Assembly: GCA_964016885.1 (NCBI GenBank)
Contig: CAXHJY010001270.1
Coordinates: 1 to 56,796, forward strand
DNA length: 56,796 nt
From: Eledone cirrhosa
Taxonomy: Eukaryota
Direction of reading: 5' to 3'
Shown: positions 28,205 to 41,300 of the stretch, piece after piece
Numbering within the stretch: the stretch's first letter is position 1
Layout of the letters: each line of letters starts with the position of its first letter
The notes under the pieces: generated by a model
Databases searched by the model: none
What the model saw: only the letters and a program-made list of their open reading frames with translations
Told to the model about the DNA's origin: nothing
Position numbers and translations under genes: made by a program

Positions 28205-30542
28205 CACATATACACAACACATACATACACACAGAAATAAATATCTATAAATAAAAAAGCTGGGTAAGGGTAAGGTAGAAAATATGGGGGAATAAGGAAA
28301 ATAAATAACATAGAAAAAAGTTTAAATATAAAGGGAGATAAGGGAGAAAAAGAATAGAGTACAGAAAGTGAGTTCAGAGAGTAATAAAAATCATAGTGGA
28401 TGTAGAGAGCAGAGAAGAAGTTCAAGGTGGTTGAGTCATCGTAGGAATGTCAATCCAGTTACAGATCAGATGTGATTTCAGGTGAGGACAACATCTGAAG
28501 ATCTCGGTCTTGGAGTTCAGATAAGTTGAAGTGGCTTTCAACTTTTGTAGAATCCTAAATTTTTCAGTGGTACACAAAGAACAATTCTTTGTGCCCCTTT
28601 GGTATTCCCTCGAATGGTCTAAAATAGACCAATCGATAGAGTACAGGATGTTTTTATCTTTGAATTCCCACACCTTATTTGCGAGAGCCATTGCTGTTCT
28701 TTTATCAGAGTGTTTAAAAGAAGCGACATGTGCATAAAACCTGGTTTTGAACCTGTCCTGAGTCATGCCAACATATCGTTCACTCCTGGCTGGCTGGTTG
28801 TTAATTAAAGGTGTCACTTTGGCCTCATATACAATGGATTTGGTATTACATTTGCCCTGTAATGGGCATTCATCCTGCTTCCTGCAACTGCATCCTGGAT
28901 TTATTCTCGTACGATTAGAATTGGTGATTTTAGACTTCATTGATGGGCAGCAAGAGTAACTGATTTTAACTACATTTCTATTAAATATCTTATAATATCT
29001 ATGATTAGGAGGAAAATGTTTGTCTAAGAGGTCAAGGAATTTCCTTCCTACATTAGTTTTGACAGTTAGAGAGAAGGGGGGGGTGTAAACCAAATAATTT
29101 TCCTTTTCCTATTATTGTGGTTAGTTTTAGGGGGAGGAGTAGGTAAATATTTAATGTGTTCTGTAAAACCGCTGTTATTAAGGACTTTATTATGATAAGG
29201 GGCGGCTTTGTTAAAAATGTCTAGAGACGAAGATAAGGTAGAAACCCTACGGCTAATGTTGGGAATAAAATTTTTAAAAACTATAGGGAGATGGCAAGAC
29301 TCTTTGTGTATATATCTAAGATTTTCGTTAGGTTTCTGATAAGGTTTAAAAGAGGCAGTAAGTAGATCAAGAAAGTTAACATTGGTAAGGTTCGTATCTA
29401 TAGTAATTTTAAGGTTAAGATTAGCAAAAGTATTGATTAAATCTTTACGGAATTTATCAAGGTTATGGCCGCTGTGGTATGAGAAACTGCCAATCCGTCG
29501 TCATGGTATAAACTGATATTATGGGAAGGAAATTTCTCTTTAAGGGTGTGGAGAAGGAATAATCATACTAAGTCACATGCATCCACACTGTCATATGAAC
29601 CCATTGCAATATCAAAAGAGTTTTCAGGGTTTGACTTTTTAACCCAAATACTTTCATTAGTAAAGAGTAGAGTTTTCCTAGCATGAAAGATAATGTCTTC
29701 TTCTAATTTAAAAATATTAATGAACGTCTTGCAAAATCTAAGGCTTTAGTTAATAGGGAAACAGTAATAGAGGGGTAAAAATCAACAATATCAAATTGGG
29801 TAAATCTACACTTATTTTTACCTTGTATATTATTAAACCAAGAAATAACAGAGGATGTATTTAGCCACTGTGATAACTCAGTCTTAGTTCTAATTTGGAG
29901 AATTATTTTTCTTAAGATTTTTTACTTGCAAGGCCAACTTCGGATTTAGCCGGGTTAATCAGTCTACAGCTAGATCGATTAGTAAAGTCTAATTTATGGT
30001 CTTTAAGGGTAATATATTCTTTACATTTAGCTAGGCTTTCTATCTGGTTGTCTATTTTAAAAAAACCAGCTAGTTCTTTAGCTTCTTTATTAATAGTATT
30101 GTAAGTGTTATTATTAGTTAATTGATATTTGTTGGTGATACTATTAGTTAAAAGTTGGTTATACAAAATACTATTAACTTCAAAGAGATTTTTAGTTTTA
30201 TCGGAAAGAACAAAAGTGTTCGTAGAATTTTTAAAATTAGAAATATCGTTAGACAGTTTAGTTTGAAAATTATTATTGTACTTACGAAATTTGATATCAC
30301 TAATTAAATTAACAAGGTCTAATTCGAAGTTGGCCATGTCTTTAATTCTAGGTGGGTATTTACGGGATTTTATGTCAAAACAATCATTTGTATCAGCACT
30401 GAATAGTCCATCGTTAAACCATTGCCTTCCATCTCATTCTTTTAACGACTTGTTCGATTTTATCTATAAGCTGTTTGGTATAAGTTGTGTTGGAAGGAGT
30501 AGGTATATTTTTGATTGAATAATCCAATTCATAAAGGTCCAT
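27980..30542 (-). mobile_element. Penelope-like element, family C, with full-length but disrupted ORF
   Basis: ORF remnants from 30542 to 28422; 3'UTR ending in an AT tract; tail hairpin at 28073-28096. Confidence 0.93.
28422..30542 (-). pseudogene. PLE RT plus GIY-YIG endonuclease, frameshifted
   Basis: MDLYELDYSIKNIP..KRMRWKA, SDKTKN, RLINPAKSE, AMGSYDS, YHDD, CSCRKQDEC, IVY..YVG, CSLC, RCCPH; in-frame stop at 29563-29565. Confidence 0.92.
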
Positions 30543-31399
30543 GGAACTATATTATTTATTTATGTTCATACACAACAAAAGCGTTACCAAAAGTTTCAAG
30601 GCCCAATATTGACCATATCTGCAGATTTTACGGGGGATCAAAATTGTGACCTAATTTTCAGGTGCTTAAATTAAGAAAATACATTGATCCAACTTTTTGC
30701 CAAACATATGTATACAAAAAAGATAATTTACCTTAATTTCGGAAAAGTCAGGCTGTGACATCTCTTTATCATTTGACACCTGAAATGAATGAAACATCAA
30801 AATATAAACAAACTATGAACAACTTATCACTTTTTAAATAAACATGAATTCTGAGATTCTTAAAATATAGAGGGATATTCTAATGTTGTATTATTCATAC
30901 CTTTACCAAGAGTTTTAAATAAAACTTTAGTTGAAAATTAAAAGCATCTTTTAATTTCATTCACTAAGAACATGCCATCACACTATCATTATCATCATCA
31001 ACATTATTCTATGATTTTTTTTCATTTGAATGGTGAGAGAGAGAGAGACTAGTTGTTCTTCATGAATGGTCCACAGCACATTTTTAAATAGCAGACTTCA
31101 AGTAGCATACACTGCCCATTCACAGCACATCACATCACACTAACATATTTTTCCCACTTGTATGCATTGATGGTACTTTTAATACCCAGCATTGCACTCA
31201 GATCACTTGTGCTTTACCATTCATGCAGGTAAACTTCATTCATATCCAACAATTCATACTCACCTCATTTCTCTCCAACCTTCTCAAATCCAGATTCAGT
31301 GTCCTTATCATATCACAATGTTGCATTATATTTTGTAAACAGGATTCATTTATTACTCTTATATATGGATACATGATCATTGAGTGAAGAAGCGCCAAA

Positions 31400-31592
31400 T
31401 AATCCCAGTGGAAGGAAACCACACTAGAGGAAGACCAAGGTGAACCTGGATGGAAGTGGTGAAAGCTGATCTCAGATTGCTAAGGCTCACAGAGGAGATG
31501 ACAAAAGAATGTGGCAAATGGAGAGATGCTGTAGTGAGAAGGACCCATCCAACTCATGCACGCATGGAACAACAGACATATGATGGTGATGA
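31400..31592 (+). mobile_element. RTE 3' end with short 3'UTR (subfamily 3-like); older minus-strand RTE remnant at ~30985-31300
   Basis: RGRPR*TWMEVVKADLRLLRLTEEMTKEC.KWRDAV followed by a GAT tail. Confidence 0.75.
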
Positions 31593-33154
31593 GAGGTACT
31601 ATATTATTTTAAGCCATCACAAAACTGGAAAATCCACAAAATACTTGTTGGCACATCTCAGTAAAACAAGCCAAGAATAAGTTAATATAGTAGAAATTAT
31701 TTCTACTTAAAACTTGAAGTATGAAGTGCAAGGGAAATTACATCTATTACATGTATCACCTGTATCATAAGCTTTACTTATTGGGAGTATACCAGCATAG
31801 ATATATGTGTAAATAAGTTAAATACTTCTCTTAGCTATCCCTTCAGTCTAGTGTTTGAGTGTAGTTCCTCACCAAGCTTTACTCAGATAAGAAATAATAT
31901 CCACCCCATCCTAAATAGGACACTGCCTTATTGCATATGACATAGATATAATTTGACAGCTATTCCCTACAGTCAGGTGAACAGAGATGCATAGAATTAA
32001 GTGTACTAAGAATCTTATATTTCACAAACCTACAACAGCCCAAATACAAACATTTCATATATCACAAGGCTCTTTCAAGGATTGGTATTTCATTTCAATA
32101 AAAAATGGATTCTATTTTCAACATCTACTTTTCTATATTAGCATGGTCATTTGCATACTGTTAGAGCAAGTGGTATTTAAAGCCAACTGCTTTTCCTACC
32201 AGTAACCAATCACTGAACTTTTTAATAAAAATAGATTGGAATTTAAATATCAACCAGGCATAACGAGATAAGCAGATATATATATGACTTGCAGGCAAGA
32301 CATAATACAATGTTTTTTTTACTGTTTAGTAACAAAAGGAATGTCAGTCTTCATAACCCTTTTCAGGGCCTCAAAGACTGGCAGGTAAGGAGGAGGAAAG
32401 TATCCTCAAACCAAAGTCCTGACCCAAATACTTTCCACTCAAAGGATGATGGTGTTGAACCAGGAGATGTAAGTAAACTACAATGAGATTTAAACTTTTC
32501 CACTAAAGGATGGTAATGTTGAACCAAGGGATGAATTAAGTAAACCACAACAAGATTTAAACTTAAAATGATACAAAGAAAGAACTGGAGCAAATACCAG
32601 AAAAATATTATATCCAACATATCACTCTGAACTGATAATTAGCAACTCTGACAGGATGAAAACACAGTTGAACCTAGTAAGATTTGAATTCAGAGTACAA
32701 AGAGCCAGAACAAATACTGTAAGTCATTTTATTTTATGCTCCAGTGACACTGCCAAGTTGCCATTCTAGTCAAACTCCTAGCCATGTTATCAGTCATCTA
32801 ACATTTTAATTTCAAAGGTATTGTACTTCATTTGTTGAATTTTTGTCATGTAGTATGAGTGGAAATCCACAGTACGAGCGAGTTTCAAACAATTAATAAA
32901 AGCAGTTTACATATTTCTTTTGCATTCTCTTTTATTATGTTTTTGTAATTCTCATTTTCCTTGTAACTGCAACTTTTCTGTTTTAAAACCCATAAAGAAT
33001 GAATTTTTGGTGGTTTTGTTGGGCCGGAATGGATTATTTATATTTTCATTAATTTCAATGAGGAAAATTGATTTGTAAGACAAGTAAATTGTAAAATGAG
33101 CTCAGTTATAGAATGAATTAAACATGCACTGCGAGGTATCACTGTGTGTGTGTA

Positions 33155-33341
33155 TCATCATTTTACGTCCACTTTTCCCTGCTTGCAAGAGTGGGACAGG
33201 TCCTATTCAGTACAGCCTCTATTCACTTGTCACAGTCCTTCATCATCTCTTCCGTGAGTTTCAGCGATCTGAGGTCCGCTCTCACCACCTCTGCCCATGT
33301 TTTTCGTGCTCTTCCTCTACTGCGTTTTCCTTCTACTGGGA
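33155..33341 (-). mobile_element. RTE 3' end, subfamily 3
   Basis: VEGKRSRGRARKTWAEVVRADLRSLKLTEEMMKDC, then CTTGCAAGCAGGGAAAAGTGGACGTAAAATGATG. Confidence 0.85.
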
Positions 33342-33372
33342 TTTATATATATATGTATATATATATACATAT

Positions 33373-34657
33373 GAAGAAATTCCAAACATGGAAGCATGGC
33401 CTAGAATCAAAAAGCCTTAAAGTTAACTTGATTAAAGTCCTAATATGTAGGAAAGAGAATAGGGCACTGGTCCCATCTGAGAAATGGCCATCCTCGGTGT
33501 GTAGGAAAGGAGTAGGCAGAAACTCCATTTTATGTCCCAAATGCAAAGTATGGGTGCATAAAAGATGTAGTGGGATCACAGGTAAGCTAACTAAGAATAT
33601 AGATTTTATATGTGGCTGGTGCTCTGGTGCAAGTAGCAGCAAATGCCCACAGAATACTAGCTCATTCCATTGCCCAGATGGTTCTATAGAAATAGTGGAC
33701 ACCCTCCGTTACCTGGGTGACAAAATCAGTAGTGGTGGAGGGTGCTCCGAAAGTACTGTAGCTAGAGTCCAAACAGGATGGAAAAAGTTCAGAGAGCTTA
33801 TACCACTATTGGCCACTAAAGGTTTCTCTCTAAAAATAAAAGGCAGGCTGTATGATGCCTGCCTACGAACAATGATGTTACATGGCAGTGAGACATGGGC
33901 CTTGTGTGCAGAGGATCTACGCAGACTGGGGAGGAACGAAGCTTGCATGCTCCGTTGGATGTGTAATAGTAATATACGCGAACAGGAAAGCATAAATGAA
34001 CTAAGTGAGAAATTAGGAATAAGAGGGTTCAGATGCTGTTTACTCAAGAGAAGACTACGTTGGTATGGTCACGTGATGCGCATGAAAGATGACAGCTGTA
34101 TAAAAAAATGCAGGGCAATCAAAATAGACGGTAGCTACGGAGTAGGTGGACCCGGAAAATCCTGGGACAACTTGATAAAATCCGACCTCACACACACCTC
34201 TCCAAGACAATGTCACTGGACCGAGATCTTTGGCGCTACATAGTAATACAGAAGACCCGCCTTGGCTAAGTACAAAGCGAAACCTACAGTCAGTAGGCAC
34301 CTCTTAACCAAAACACACCCCCGTCCCACTAACCCTACCCCACCGCCATCTACACCACCCCTTTCGATGTAAAGCTATGTTGGTACCACAACATCCAGTC
34401 CTAAATAAATGAGGTCGTGTAGGTGTCATGACAAAAAAACACACAGTCCACGCTGCAATGTGGCCATGTAGGTAACACAGTAAAAAGCTCCTAGTCCACA
34501 CTGTAAACGTGGTTGGTGTTAGGAAGGGCATCCAGCCGTAGAAAACCCGCCAGACAGTCCTGAGCAAGAAAACCAATCTTGCCTCAAGTGGGACAATTCT
34601 CGTCCAGACCTATGCTAGCGAGGAAAATGGATGTTAAACAATGATGATGATGATGAT
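33373..34657 (+). mobile_element. 5'-truncated RTE LINE, subfamily 2
   Basis: [24 protein letters not shown], 3'UTR and (GAT)n tail. Confidence 0.96.
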
Positions 34658-34666
34658 ATATATATA

Positions 34667-34732
34667 GTGTAGGTGATTCAGGGATTTACTAGTGGTGGTA
34701 CCAAAACAAGCACTCTATGCACAGGCAGAGTA
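34667..34732 (-). other. 66-bp tail-only fragment starting exactly at the conserved hairpin
   Basis: TACTC-TGC CTGT GCA-TA-GAGTG-CT; TA repeats on both sides. Confidence 0.6.
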
Positions 34733-35344
34733 TATATAATCATCATTTAACAATCATTTTCTTTTGTACCCATATTGACATCAATGATGGCTAATATAAG
34801 TCTTGTACTTATATATTAAAGAAAATAAACTACAAAATCAATCAAATATGCCATTGAAAGTTCATATACTTCCATCACAAAACAAGATTTGTCATAATTA
34901 TAAGCAGTTCACTTCACTTCACTGTATGCTCCTAGATTAGGTCTATGGAGTATCTGAGAGTTGATAAATAGAAACGAAACTGTTTTATTCAAAAGTCAAT
35001 TCAGGTTCAAATCTCATTGAAGCTACAGTCTTGTTTCAATCATACTTCTCATTTCCATCTTTGCTTGATTAAGTTAGAGGTCACTATTTTGTTCAGAATA
35101 AACATTGATGTTTTAAAATTAAATAAACTGCAAGATGAAATATGTTGATATATATTTGTATCATCAGCATGTCAAAAATGTAAGTTTTTTCCCCTTTTCA
35201 TACATTTGTTTACATTGACAGATATATTACAAAATTCACACACATGCTGATACTGGCAAAAATATGTCTAGAGAGCAGCTTTCTACTAGTATCAAATGAA
35301 ATAAATAGAAAATATTGCATATGTGTGTGTATATTCATTTCATT

Positions 35345-35673
35345 TTCATTTTTACGTCCGCTTTTTCCCTGCTTGCAAGGGTGGGACAGGAACTGATGCT
35401 GGCTTGATTTCTACAGCTGGATGCCCTTCCTAACACCAACCTCATTTACAGTGAGTGCTGGGTGCTTTTTTGCCGTGGCACCTCCACGACCACTTTGCAG
35501 TGGAATGATAGGGACCCCAGTCCCTATCATCTCATTTCTACAGCTGAGTAAACTGGAGCAATGTGAAATAAAGTGTCTTGCTCAAGGAAACAACGCATCA
35601 CCCGGTCTGAGAATTGAACTCACAACCTTTAGATTGCAAGGCCAATGCTCTAACCACTAAGCCATGTGCCTCC
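35345..35673 (-). mobile_element. Full-length tRNA-derived SINE
   Basis: GGAGGCACATGGCTTAGTGG (A box), GAGTTCAATTCTC (B box), conserved body, RTE-shared 3' modules. Confidence 0.92.
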
Positions 35674-37624
35674 TATATATATATATATCATCAGATATAT
35701 ATATATATATGGACCACCCAGGTCCAAACTGTAAAGGTGGTTCGTATTAAGAAGGGTATCCAACTGAAAATAACGAAAATGCAGTTCCAGTTGAGCAAGT
35801 TTCAATGCGGCCAACTGGCCAGATTTGCCTGACCCATACAATCGTGGAAAATAAGATGATGATGGTATATATATATAAATATATATATTCATATGACAGG
35901 CTTCTGCACATTTTACATCTAACAAATTCTTCTCACAAGGTATTGGTCATCCTCAAGCTATATGTATAGAAAGCACTGTCATGCAGTGATATCAATATCA
36001 AACATAGAACTACATCTTTGTTAAAAATAAATGTTGAACAAAATATCATAACAGTTGACTAGATATGTTGTATAAGTATATAATACAGTATTAGAAGTAT
36101 CTAAAATTGTATGAGCTTGATTTTGTTGTTTTATTCATTTATTGTAGGAATGTTTGTTTATTTTAGTAGTATAAACTATATGTGTGTATGTGTTTTTATT
36201 TTATATATTGCATCGTAATGTGTGTTTCTGGTATTAGGAAATTGTTAGCTTCAGGTGAAAATGTGTTTGTAAACTGTAAGAATTATTTGCTTTGGAGTGG
36301 GAAGGGTAATGTTGTGGTGTGCGAGTTGTAGAACATTTTTGCTTAGAATGTGTATGACAGTATGTGGCATAAAAAATGTTTTGTTTTGATAAAAGATGTA
36401 TGAGTAAGTGTGAGTAAGCCTGTGTATGAGTGTCTGCATGCTTGTGTGTATAGTACTTAGATGCAAGCAGAGCTGATTAGTTAACAAGTTTGCTTTCAAT
36501 TTTGAGGTCCTGGGTTCAATACCTGTCTCTTTTACCATAAATTTGGATTGACTCAAGCCTTGTGAGTATGAGTAGATGGATACAAAATGGAAGCCAGAAG
36601 GACTATCTGCCATTCAAATATCACACACTGCATCATCATGATTCTACTTGAGTTATGAGGAAACATATTTGAAGAATACTCAACCATTTATTTGATTAAA
36701 CAATACTTTTCACAGAAATCAACAGAGATCTATTTACTTTATTTTTCAACTGCATTTCTGCCGGTAGTTGTGACCAGTAGACAGTATCAGCAATGGAAAG
36801 ACCAATGGAAACATTGTTTCTTTCATCAGATTTTAGATTTATTTTGATTTGATTTTTTTTTTCAGAAACACATGTCAGCATTTGTTGCATTTTATTGATG
36901 TTCCTTTGGTATTCAACCGTTCAAGGTTCATAAATTAAATTTCAGTTAAATACTGACTAGATGCTAGAGTGGAAAATGGACTAGAAAGTGTCTCATACCC
37001 ATGCATACACACACACATGAACTACCAGTGCATAAGTTGTGAAGGCATTTTTCTGTAGGCATTTTGTTGTATTTCTCTGAGTGAAATATTTATATCTTGC
37101 CTTTATTTTAAAAAATAACTACTTCTTGGAAACACAATCCTCCAGTCTACTAATAACAGCCTCACAAATAGACAGTTCCACTGTGATTAAAAACTCATTT
37201 GAAGCCTTTTCAAACTTACATACAATCTTCTATATACACTTTACTATCTAAACGTTAACCCAACATACAATTGTATATGCATCTTAGAAATACACAACCA
37301 TTTCCTCCATATTTGGCATGGTTTCTACAGCTGGATGCACTTCTTAACACCAATCACACGTCACAGAATGTACTGGGTGCATTTATCATGGCACCGGCTT
37401 TAACTTCCTCCACTCAATAATCAACCATCTTACAGTGTTTATTTGGTGCATTTTAATGAGAAACCGGTACTACTACCTTACAGAGTTTACTGAGTGGACA
37501 TTATGTGTGTGTGTATATATATATATATATATGCAAACATATGATTACACACTCGCATGCACACACATAGATATATGATATGTATAGATATGTATATATA
37601 TATATATATACATGTATAGATATG

Positions 37625-37681
<57 letters not shown>

Positions 37682-38250
37682 ACACATATATTTGCAGGTA
37701 TTAAAAGATGAAGATGATATTCACACACACACACACAATGTTATTTAATATCAACACTTTCAACATCATTAATACTGTTTTATGTATTTATTTATTTTAT
37801 TTATTTTATTTTTTTGTTTAGTTATTTCCTTCAAGGAAATATTCCCCAGACGTAATATTAATAATGTGAAATTATAAACGCTTTTGTAACTGAAACCATT
37901 CTTCTTTCATAATCGAATAGTTTGTGATATCATCTTCACTTCTATTACACCAAACTTTTGTATATTCTGTATGTTTTATTTTCATTCTAATTTTCTTTTT
38001 AGTTTTGTTTTGTTTTCTTATTATTCTTCAAATGCCAATGAAAGCCAAGTTTCTAGAAAATATATAGTCAAAGAATACTGTATGTGGTTCATACAAAATG
38101 AATTGTAAATAAGTTTTTATGGTGGTGTTGGTGTATGGCTTTGTATATATATACATATATTCACATAATATGTATATATATATACACATATATTCACATA
38201 TATATATATATATTCAGATATATTCACATATATATATATACACATATATT

Positions 38251-38306
<56 letters not shown>

Positions 38307-38327
38307 TTCACATATATATATATATAT

Positions 38328-41300
38328 CATCATCATCATCAACGTTTAACGTCCGTGTTCCACGCTTGCATGGGTTTGGACGGGGGTAGTCCCACTTGAG
38401 GCAAGAGTGATTGTCTTGCTCGCATAGGACTGTCTGGCAGGTTTTCTACAGTTGGATGCCCTTCCTAACACCAACCACATTTACAGTGTGGGTCTGGGAG
38501 GTTTTTACCGTGTTGCCTACACGGCCACATTACAGCGTGGACTGTGTGTTTTTTTGTCGTGACACCTACACGATCTCATTTGTTTCGGCCTCGATGGCGC
38601 GGCACCAACATAACTTTACATAGAACGGGGTGGTGTGGATGGGGTGGGGGTGGTGGTGGTGGGACGGGGTGTATTTTGTTAGAGATGCCTACTGGCTGGA
38701 GTAGGTTTTACTATATATTTAGGTAAGGCGGGTCTTCTCTGTTACTGAGTACCGCCAAAGGTCTCGGTCCAGTGACATTGTCTTGGAGAGGTGTAAGTGT
38801 GTGATGTCGGAGTTTATCAGCTCGTCCCCGGTTTTTCTAGGTCTGCCTATTCCGTGACTACCGTCTATCTTTATTGCCCTGCACTTTGTTATACAGCTAT
38901 CGACTTTCATGCGCATCACGTGTCCATACCAACGTAGCCTTCTCTCGAGTAAACAACATCTGATCCCTCTTATCTCTAATTTTTTCCTTAGTTCGTTTAT
39001 GCTTTGCCGTTCACGTATATTACTGTTACACATGCAGCGGAGCATGCAAGCTTCGTTCCTCTCTAGTCTGCGTATATCCTCTGCACACAATGCCCAGGTC
39101 TCACTGCCATGCAGCATTGCTGTTCGTATGCAGGCATCGTACAACCTGCCTTTCATTTTTAGGGAGAACCCTTTAGCAGCTAATAGTGGTATAAGCTCTC
39201 TGAACTTTTTCCAACCAGTTCTGACTCTAGCTACAGTACTTTCAGAGCACCCTCCCCCACTGCTGATTTTATCGCCCAGGTAACGGAAGCTGTCCACTAT
39301 TTCTATAGAACCCTTTGCACAATTGAAAGAGCTAGTATTTTGTGGGCACTTGCTGCTGCTTATTGCACCAGAGCACCGGCCACATGTAAAATCTATGTTC
39401 TTAGTTAGCTTACCTGTGATCCCACTACATCTTTTATGCACCCATACTTTGCATTTAGGACATAAAATGGAGTTTCTACCTACGCCTTTCCTACACACTG
39501 AGCACGACCATTTCCCAGAAGGGACCGCCGCCTTGTTTTCTTTCCTACAAACTAGTACTTTGGTCTTAGCCAAGTTAATTTTAAGTCCTTTTGACTCTAG
39601 GCCGTGCTTCCATGTTTGGAATTTCTTCTCTAGCTCGGCCATTGATTCCGCTATGAGTGTCAGGTCGTCTGCGTATAGGAGTTCCCATGGGCAGCCTGTC
39701 TTGAACTCCTCTGAACTGCCCTGAAGGGCAATAATAAATAGTAGTGGGCTGAGAACAGAGCCCTGATGGACGCCAACTTTTACGCTAAACTCTTCACTAT
39801 ATTCGTTGTTAATTCTAACCTTGCTGACTGTTTCTTTATACATGGCTTGTATAGCCCTCACAAGCCATTCGTCAACGCCTAGTTTTCTAAGAGCCCACCA
39901 GATAATGGAGCGGGGGACTCTGTCGAAGGCTTTCTCCAAGTCGACAAAAGCTAAGTAGAGGGGTTTACCTTTAGCTAGGTACTTCTCCTGTAGTTGTCGT
40001 ACTATGAAAAGAGCGTCTGTGGTACTTTTGCCTGACACAAACCCGAACTGCATTTCATCTAGGTCAATTCTCTCTCTGATTAGTTGCGCTATTACTTTTT
40101 CCGTGACCTTCATGACCTGGTCGATTAATTTAATGCCTCTATAGTTACTCCTATCTAGGGCGTCTCCTTTACCCTTATAACAGTTAACGATGATGCTGCT
40201 ATGCCAGTCCTTCGGAACAACCCCATTCTGTACGACTTGGTTAACTATGCGGGTGACCATGGTGTGTCCCACCGTGCCAGATGCCTTCAGCATCTCAGCA
40301 ACTATTTCCGAAGGCCCAGCCGCCTTACCCGTCTTCATATCCTTGATTGCCTTACTTATTATACTCCCCTCGACTAACACTGCTGGTCCCTCTATTGGGT
40401 CGATATGGGGGAGACTGTCTTTCTCCCATTTATTCTCCTCATTTAGTAGCCTTTCATAGTGACACTTCCAAGCTACCTTATCAGCGTCGGTGATGGCAAG
40501 TGTGCCATCATCGTTTAGTACACACTTCTCCCCGACAATATCACGGTTTTCCTTGACGCATTGCCTAGCAATCCTGAACACCTCACATTTTTGGTCATCG
40601 CGTTGTAGAACATGCTTGAACTTTCTTTCCTCAGCTTCCCTTCTTGCTAAGTACACTTGTCTCCTAGCTTCCCTCCTGGCCACTTGATAGTCTTCTCTAC
40701 TTCCCCCATCCCGCCATACTTTCCAAGCCTGCTTTTTGGCCTTAATTGACCCCTCCACCTTACTGTTCCACCACCATGTTACTTTCCTCCTGCCTACAGG
40801 CCTGCTCCAGCCACAGACTTCGTCTGTCGCCAACAGCAGGTTTACTTTCAGAAATTCCCACTCTCCCTCTATATTGTCCGACTCTAAATGTTCTTCCTTA
40901 CTGTCGAAAGCATCAAGTAATATGCTTTGAAATTTATTCCTGGCTGTGGGGTCCTTTAGCTTCCATATTTTTCTCCTGAGGATAGTCCTCTTCTGCTGTC
41001 GAGTACGTCTCGTCCTGACTATGAGGTCGCTAATTATCAGTCTATGTTGGGAGGTGCATTCTTCATGGGGGAGGGATTTAGTGTTTACAACAGACACTCT
41101 GTCACGTCTTCTGGTAAGGATATAATCTACCTGGCTTGTGTGTTCCCCGGATCTATAGGTGATCAGGTGATTGTCACGTTTTTTGAAGTTAGTGTTACAG
41201 ATAGTTAGGTTATTCGCATCACAGAATTCCAGGATTCTGGAGCCTTCCTCATTTCTAGTACCAAACCCATAGCCTCCATGGATTTCGTCGTAGCCGTCAC

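Noticed and set aside
29563-29565. In-frame TGA in the PLE RT as possible selenocysteine
   Set aside because: Aligns to conserved Gly (DLVGLFL in the family A copy), not Cys; the ORF has other disruptions and all zinc-ligand positions are ordinary Cys codons
32367-32565. Possible plus-strand exon
   Set aside because: Overlaps a degenerate ~63-bp tandem duplication; no other support
36805-36835. CTGATGA-AA-GAAAC string (-)
   Set aside because: No helix I or helix II
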